The notes under the pieces: model-generated | Told to the model about the DNA's origin: nothing | The model's input: only the letters and a program-made list of their open reading frames with translations | Databases searched by the model: none | Shown here: in pieces, positions 28,393 through 32,000 of the stretch | How positions within the stretch are numbered: position 1 is the first letter of the stretch | Layout of the letters: the number at the start of each line of letters is the position of its first letter | DNA from: Pseudoalteromonas translucida KMM 520 | GTDB taxonomy: Bacteria; Pseudomonadota; Gammaproteobacteria; Enterobacterales; Alteromonadaceae | Direction of reading: 5' to 3' | NCBI RefSeq assembly: GCF_001465295.1 | Contig: NZ_CP011034.1 | Coordinates: 390,001-422,000, forward strand | Length of the DNA stretch: 32,000 nt | Translations under genes and position numbers: made by a program

Positions 28393-28491
28393 TTCTTTTT
28401 CCCTTTATCCATGCTTTAATTACAGCGCAAAAAATAACGACTCATCGGCTGATGAGCAGCTAAATAATTAAAATAATTTTGGAATACAACA

Positions 28492-29604
28492 ATGGCGTTA
28501 CGCTGTAAATCTCTCGCTACCTCTCTCGTCCTATTAGCAATGACTGGTTGTACAATTATACCAGGCAGCCATTTTGAAGGCATAGAGCCTGGTAATCAAA
28601 CAACTAATCTCGAGCAAGAGCTCGAAAAAGTAAATATTCAAATTATTGACTCGTCGCTTATTTCACAACAAAAAAATGCACGTAAAGCGGCAAAACCAAT
28701 TTCTAGCCTAGTAGGTGTTAACACCAGTAATTATAAATATAAATTAGGTGTAGGCGATGTAGTAACGGTAGGTGTATGGGATCACCCAGAGCTTACAATA
28801 CCAGCAGGTACGCAGCGTACGGCTGAGTTCGACGGCTTTAAAGTACAAGAGGACGGTACTATTACTTATGCTTACGCAGCAAATATTCCAGCAGCTGGGC
28901 ATACGATAAGCGAGTTACGCAAAGATTTAGTATCACGTTTAGCGCGAGTAATAGAAAACCCACAAGTAGACGTAAAAATAGTTAGCTTTAAAAGCCAAAA
29001 AACGTATGTAACGGGTGAAGTCAAACAGCCAGGCGTATACCCAGTAACCGATATACCACTTACTTTAATAGATGCGCTTAACCAAGCTGGCGGATTAACT
29101 AAAGAAGCCGATTGGCGCACAGTGACCTTTACTCGTGGTAATAAAACCGAAGTCATTAAATTAGAAGACTTTTACGCCAATGGTGATATTTCACAAAATC
29201 GCTTGTTACAACATGGCGACATAGTGCACGTAAACCGTAACGACAAACAAAAAGTATTTGTTTTAGGTGATGTAAATAAAGCAGGTTCGGTGAGCATAAC
29301 GCGTTACGGGTTAAACTTAGCAGAAGCACTTTCTAACACCGGTGGCTTAAACGAAAACACCGCCGATGCAAATGGTGTGTTTGTGCTGCGTAAACGTAAC
29401 CTGGAACAAACCGGAATAATTGCCGACGTATATCAGTTGCATGCTAAAAACATAGCTGCATTAGTACTTGCTGAGCAGTTTGAACTACAACCGCACGACA
29501 TTGTATATGTAACCTCAGCACCGCTGGCACGTTGGAACCGTGTAATAAGCTTGTTACTACCTTCGGTAGCAACAGTTGATAACCTTAACGACATTAATAA
29601 CTAA
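28492..29604 (+). CDS. wza: polysaccharide export outer-membrane lipoprotein Wza
   Basis: It has the lipobox LLAMTG|C, a Poly_export domain (YKLGVGDVVTVGVWDHPEL) and SLBB repeats. It is followed by wzb and wzc. Confidence 0.9.
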   Translation: MALRCKSLATSLVLLAMTGCTIIPGSHFEGIEPGNQTTNLEQELEKVNIQIIDSSLISQQKNARKAAKPISSLVGVNTSNYKYKLGVGDVVTVGVWDHPELTIPAGTQRTAEFDGFKVQEDGTITYAYAANIPAAGHTISELRKDLVSRLARVIENPQVDVKIVSFKSQKTYVTGEVKQPGVYPVTDIPLTLIDALNQAGGLTKEADWRTVTFTRGNKTEVIKLEDFYANGDISQNRLLQHGDIVHVNRNDKQKVFVLGDVNKAGSVSITRYGLNLAEALSNTGGLNENTADANGVFVLRKRNLEQTGIIADVYQLHAKNIAALVLAEQFELQPHDIVYVTSAPLARWNRVISLLLPSVATVDNLNDINN

Positions 29605-29616
29605 GGGTTAATTAAC

Positions 29617-30051
29617 ATGTTTGATTCTGTATTAGTGGTCTGTGCAGGCAATATTTGCCGCAGCCCAACTGCTGAATATATATTAAAAGCAAAGCTTGAA
29701 GGCAAAAATATTACTGTATCGTCAGCTGGTTTAACTGCACTTGAAGGTAAATCAGCCGACGCCACAGCAAAGCAAATAGCGCAAGTGCATGGCATAAATA
29801 TGGACTCACACCAAGGTCGCCAACTTAACTCGCAACTAATTGCACAAAATAGTGTGATTTTAGTAATGGAACAGCGCCATTTAACTGACCTATGTAGCCG
29901 CTATCCAGAAGCTCGTGGTAAAACATTTTTACTCGGTAAATGGATTAACGACACTGAAATACCCGATCCGTACCGTCAAAGCCAAGAGGCTTTTGACCAT
30001 GTATACGCATTAATCGACAGCGCCTGTAGCGCTTGGCAAAAGTATTTATAA
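29617..30051 (+). CDS. wzb: low-molecular-weight protein-tyrosine phosphatase Wzb
   Basis: It has the CX5R(S/T) P-loop VCAGNICRSP and the DP motif (IPDPY). 144 aa. Confidence 0.92.
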   Translation: MFDSVLVVCAGNICRSPTAEYILKAKLEGKNITVSSAGLTALEGKSADATAKQIAQVHGINMDSHQGRQLNSQLIAQNSVILVMEQRHLTDLCSRYPEARGKTFLLGKWINDTEIPDPYRQSQEAFDHVYALIDSACSAWQKYL

Positions 30052-30054
30052 GGA

Positions 30055-31185
30055 ATGGCTAATTTAATGAATACTCAGCCTAACAACAGCTCAAACACTC
30101 AAAAGCAAGTAAGTAATACAACACAGCAAGCGCAAGAAATTGACTTAATGGCATTACTTGGTGCACTGCTCGATCGTAAGTATTTTATAGTGGCAGTTAC
30201 TGCATTATTTATGCTAGTAGGTGTGGTTTATGCGGTTTTAAGCACACCTGTATACCAAGCAAGCGCAATGATACAGGTTGAGAATAGTAGTAGCTCTGTA
30301 CCTGGTTTTGACGACATGGCCGGTATGTTCGAAAGTACCTCTGCTGCCGTTACAGAAATAGAACTATTAAAGTCGCGTAGTATCATAGGCGAAGCGGTAG
30401 ATACGTTAAAACTAGATATAACTGCAGAGCCAAAGTTATTTCCATTAGTTGGTAGCCGTGCCTATCGTAAGTTTACGCCAATGGAGCAAGGCGATTTAGC
30501 CGAGCCAAGCTTTGGTGCAGATAGCTATGCCTGGGGCGGCGAAAGCATTAGCGTATTTAGATTTGACGTACCTAGCCGAGCTATTAATCAAACATACACA
30601 CTAGTAGCACAAGCCAATAACAGCGTTGCTTTATTAGATGGTGAAGGTGAGCAAATACTTAGTGGCAAAGTGGGAGATGAGCTAAGCAATGGTAAATTTA
30701 ATTTAACCATACGTAGCTTAATTGCTCGCCCAGGTACTGAGTTTTTATTAAGCCGAAAAGATCGCCTAAATACTATTTTAGATTTACAAGCTGCTATCGG
30801 CGCAAGCGAAAAAGGCAAAGACTCTGGCATAATTAATTTAAGCCTACAAAGTACTAAACCAAGCTACGCCGAAAAGGTACTAGATAAAGTCGCTGCTATT
30901 TATGTACGCCGTAACGTAGAGCGAAATAGTGCTGAAGCTCAAAAGTCGCTAGAGTTCTTAGAAGTGCAACTGCCTGAAATTAAAAAACAACTTGAATTTG
31001 CAGAGCAGCGCTTTAACGACTACCAAATTAAACGCCAATCAATAAACATAACACTCGAAACCCAAGGCGTGCTTGAACAAGTAGTCGTGCTTGAAACTAA
31101 ATTACAAGAGCTAGAACTAAAGCGCCTAGAGATCAGTCGTAAATTTAAAAAAGACCACCCAACCTACCTAATGCCGATCAGTTAA
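30055..31185 (+). pseudogene. wzc: tyrosine autokinase / polysaccharide co-polymerase Wzc, N-terminal half only, truncated by IS insertion
   Basis: It has TM1, a periplasmic Wzz/coiled-coil domain, and sequence up to ...KKDHPTY (E. coli Wzc has KEHPAY at the equivalent point, about residue 370 of about 720). It then reads LMPIS* into foreign sequence. TM2, the Walker A/B kinase domain and the Tyr-rich tail are missing. Confidence 0.85.
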
Positions 31186-31224
31186 GGTTAATTGATCGGT
31201 TGACCGATCTAAATGATCGTGAAT

Positions 31225-31259
31225 AATCCGTAATTAGTTTCGCTAATTACGGATTTTTT
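31225..31259 (+). terminator. 13-bp perfect hairpin plus T-run inside the IS end, immediately upstream of the transposase ATG
   Basis: AATCCGTAATTAG (31225-31237), loop TTTCG, CTAATTACGGATT (31243-31255), then TTTT, then ATG at 31260. Confidence 0.6.
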
Positions 31260-31961
31260 ATGGATATTCAAACAGCTCTTTCGACCACTTTCTCATCTGC
31301 CGAGGAATTTACAGCGCTTGATAACTTATCTGGCATATTAGATCCCGAATTACTTAACCAAGCTTTTGAAAAATCGGGGGTCGCCACCGTTCGTAAACGT
31401 CGTTTACCACTCGACGCTGTCGTTTGGTCTGTGATTGGTATGAGTTTATTTCGTCATGAATCTGTTTGGGATATAGCCTCTAAAATGGACATCGCCTTAC
31501 CAGGTAAAGGGAAACTAGTTGCCCCTAGTGCCATGGTTCAAGCGAGACAACGCTTAGGTGAAGGTGCTGTCGAGCAGGTCTTCAAGATGATGGCGTCACG
31601 GCATTATAATCATGCCCACTTTGATACATTTTGTGGCTTAAATCTATTAGCTGTTGATGGGGTTGTCTTTCGTACACATGATACGCCAGAGAATAAAGAC
31701 GTATTTGGATGTGGCTCAACCCAGTATGGTGAAAATACCTATCCGCAAATTCGGATGGTATGCCACATGGAGCTAACGAGTCATCAACTCATTAATTGTG
31801 CTTTTAACGGGCAGCATCAAGGGGAGATGACACTCGCTGAAGAACTCATTGAAGGCACACCGGATAACTCATTAACCTTATTTGATCGCGGTTATTATTC
31901 ATTAGGGCTTTTGCATCGTTGGCATCAAGCAGGGACTGAAAGACACTGGATGATACCATAA
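31260..31961 (+). CDS. IS4-family (InsG-like) DDE transposase, N-terminal 233 aa; the frame closes prematurely
   Basis: [82 protein letters not shown] and HWMIP are collinear with E. coli IS4 InsG as I recall it. TAA at 31959-31961 falls where homologues continue. Confidence 0.8.
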   Translation: MDIQTALSTTFSSAEEFTALDNLSGILDPELLNQAFEKSGVATVRKRRLPLDAVVWSVIGMSLFRHESVWDIASKMDIALPGKGKLVAPSAMVQARQRLGEGAVEQVFKMMASRHYNHAHFDTFCGLNLLAVDGVVFRTHDTPENKDVFGCGSTQYGENTYPQIRMVCHMELTSHQLINCAFNGQHQGEMTLAEELIEGTPDNSLTLFDRGYYSLGLLHRWHQAGTERHWMIP

Positions 31962-32000
31962 AGAAAATGAGTAAAAATGACCAGTTAGTGCGTCTTAAAA

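Larger units (their letters stand above)
31168..32000 (+). mobile_element. IS4-family insertion sequence, left part (continues beyond the window)
   Basis: The left boundary (plus or minus about 10 bp) is inferred from where Wzc homology ends. The about 90-bp end region has repeated CCGATC/GATCGG motifs, followed by an InsG-like transposase ORF. Confidence 0.8.

Overview
This looks like a core chromosomal region of an AT-rich (about 40% GC by eye) marine gammaproteobacterium. The proteins and gene order look Alteromonadales/Pseudoalteromonas-like, but that taxon is my inference and is unverified. Gene order: grxC (3' end), secB, gpsA | trmL | fieF-like CDF | pldB-like hydrolase, cpxA, cpxR | cpxP-like | yacG, pilB, coaE, pilD, pilC | pilin accessory gene | two pilins | nadC | ampD, ampE, pdhR, aceE, aceF, lpdA, tapT(yfiP), PAS/Aer-like MCP, wza, wzb, and a wzc interrupted by an IS4-family element that runs off the window. 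Much of this matches the E. coli yacG-coaE-hofCB-ppdD-nadC-ampDE-pdhR-aceEF-lpd neighbourhood. I found no novel protein-coding system: no defence island, toxin-antitoxin pair, CRISPR array, prophage, tRNA or rRNA. Every long ORF in a credible frame belongs to a family I recognise. The main structure that gene annotation does not explain is a family of structured 130-210 bp intergenic repeats with 8 copies in 32 kb. They usually start at the stop codon of a co-oriented gene, carry 18-bp modules in variable number, have GC-rich hairpins that cannot form together, and have MITE-like inverted ends. Secondary points: (1) the type IV pilus cluster is rearranged, with pilB moved downstream of coaE, no zapD, and a low-GC second pilin plus a convergent accessory gene where pilB normally sits; (2) the capsule/EPS export operon has a JUMPStart/ops-like leader, a heptanucleotide microsatellite, and an IS-truncated wzc; (3) the IS transposase frame itself appears broken. 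All coordinates and motifs were read by eye and no database search was possible.
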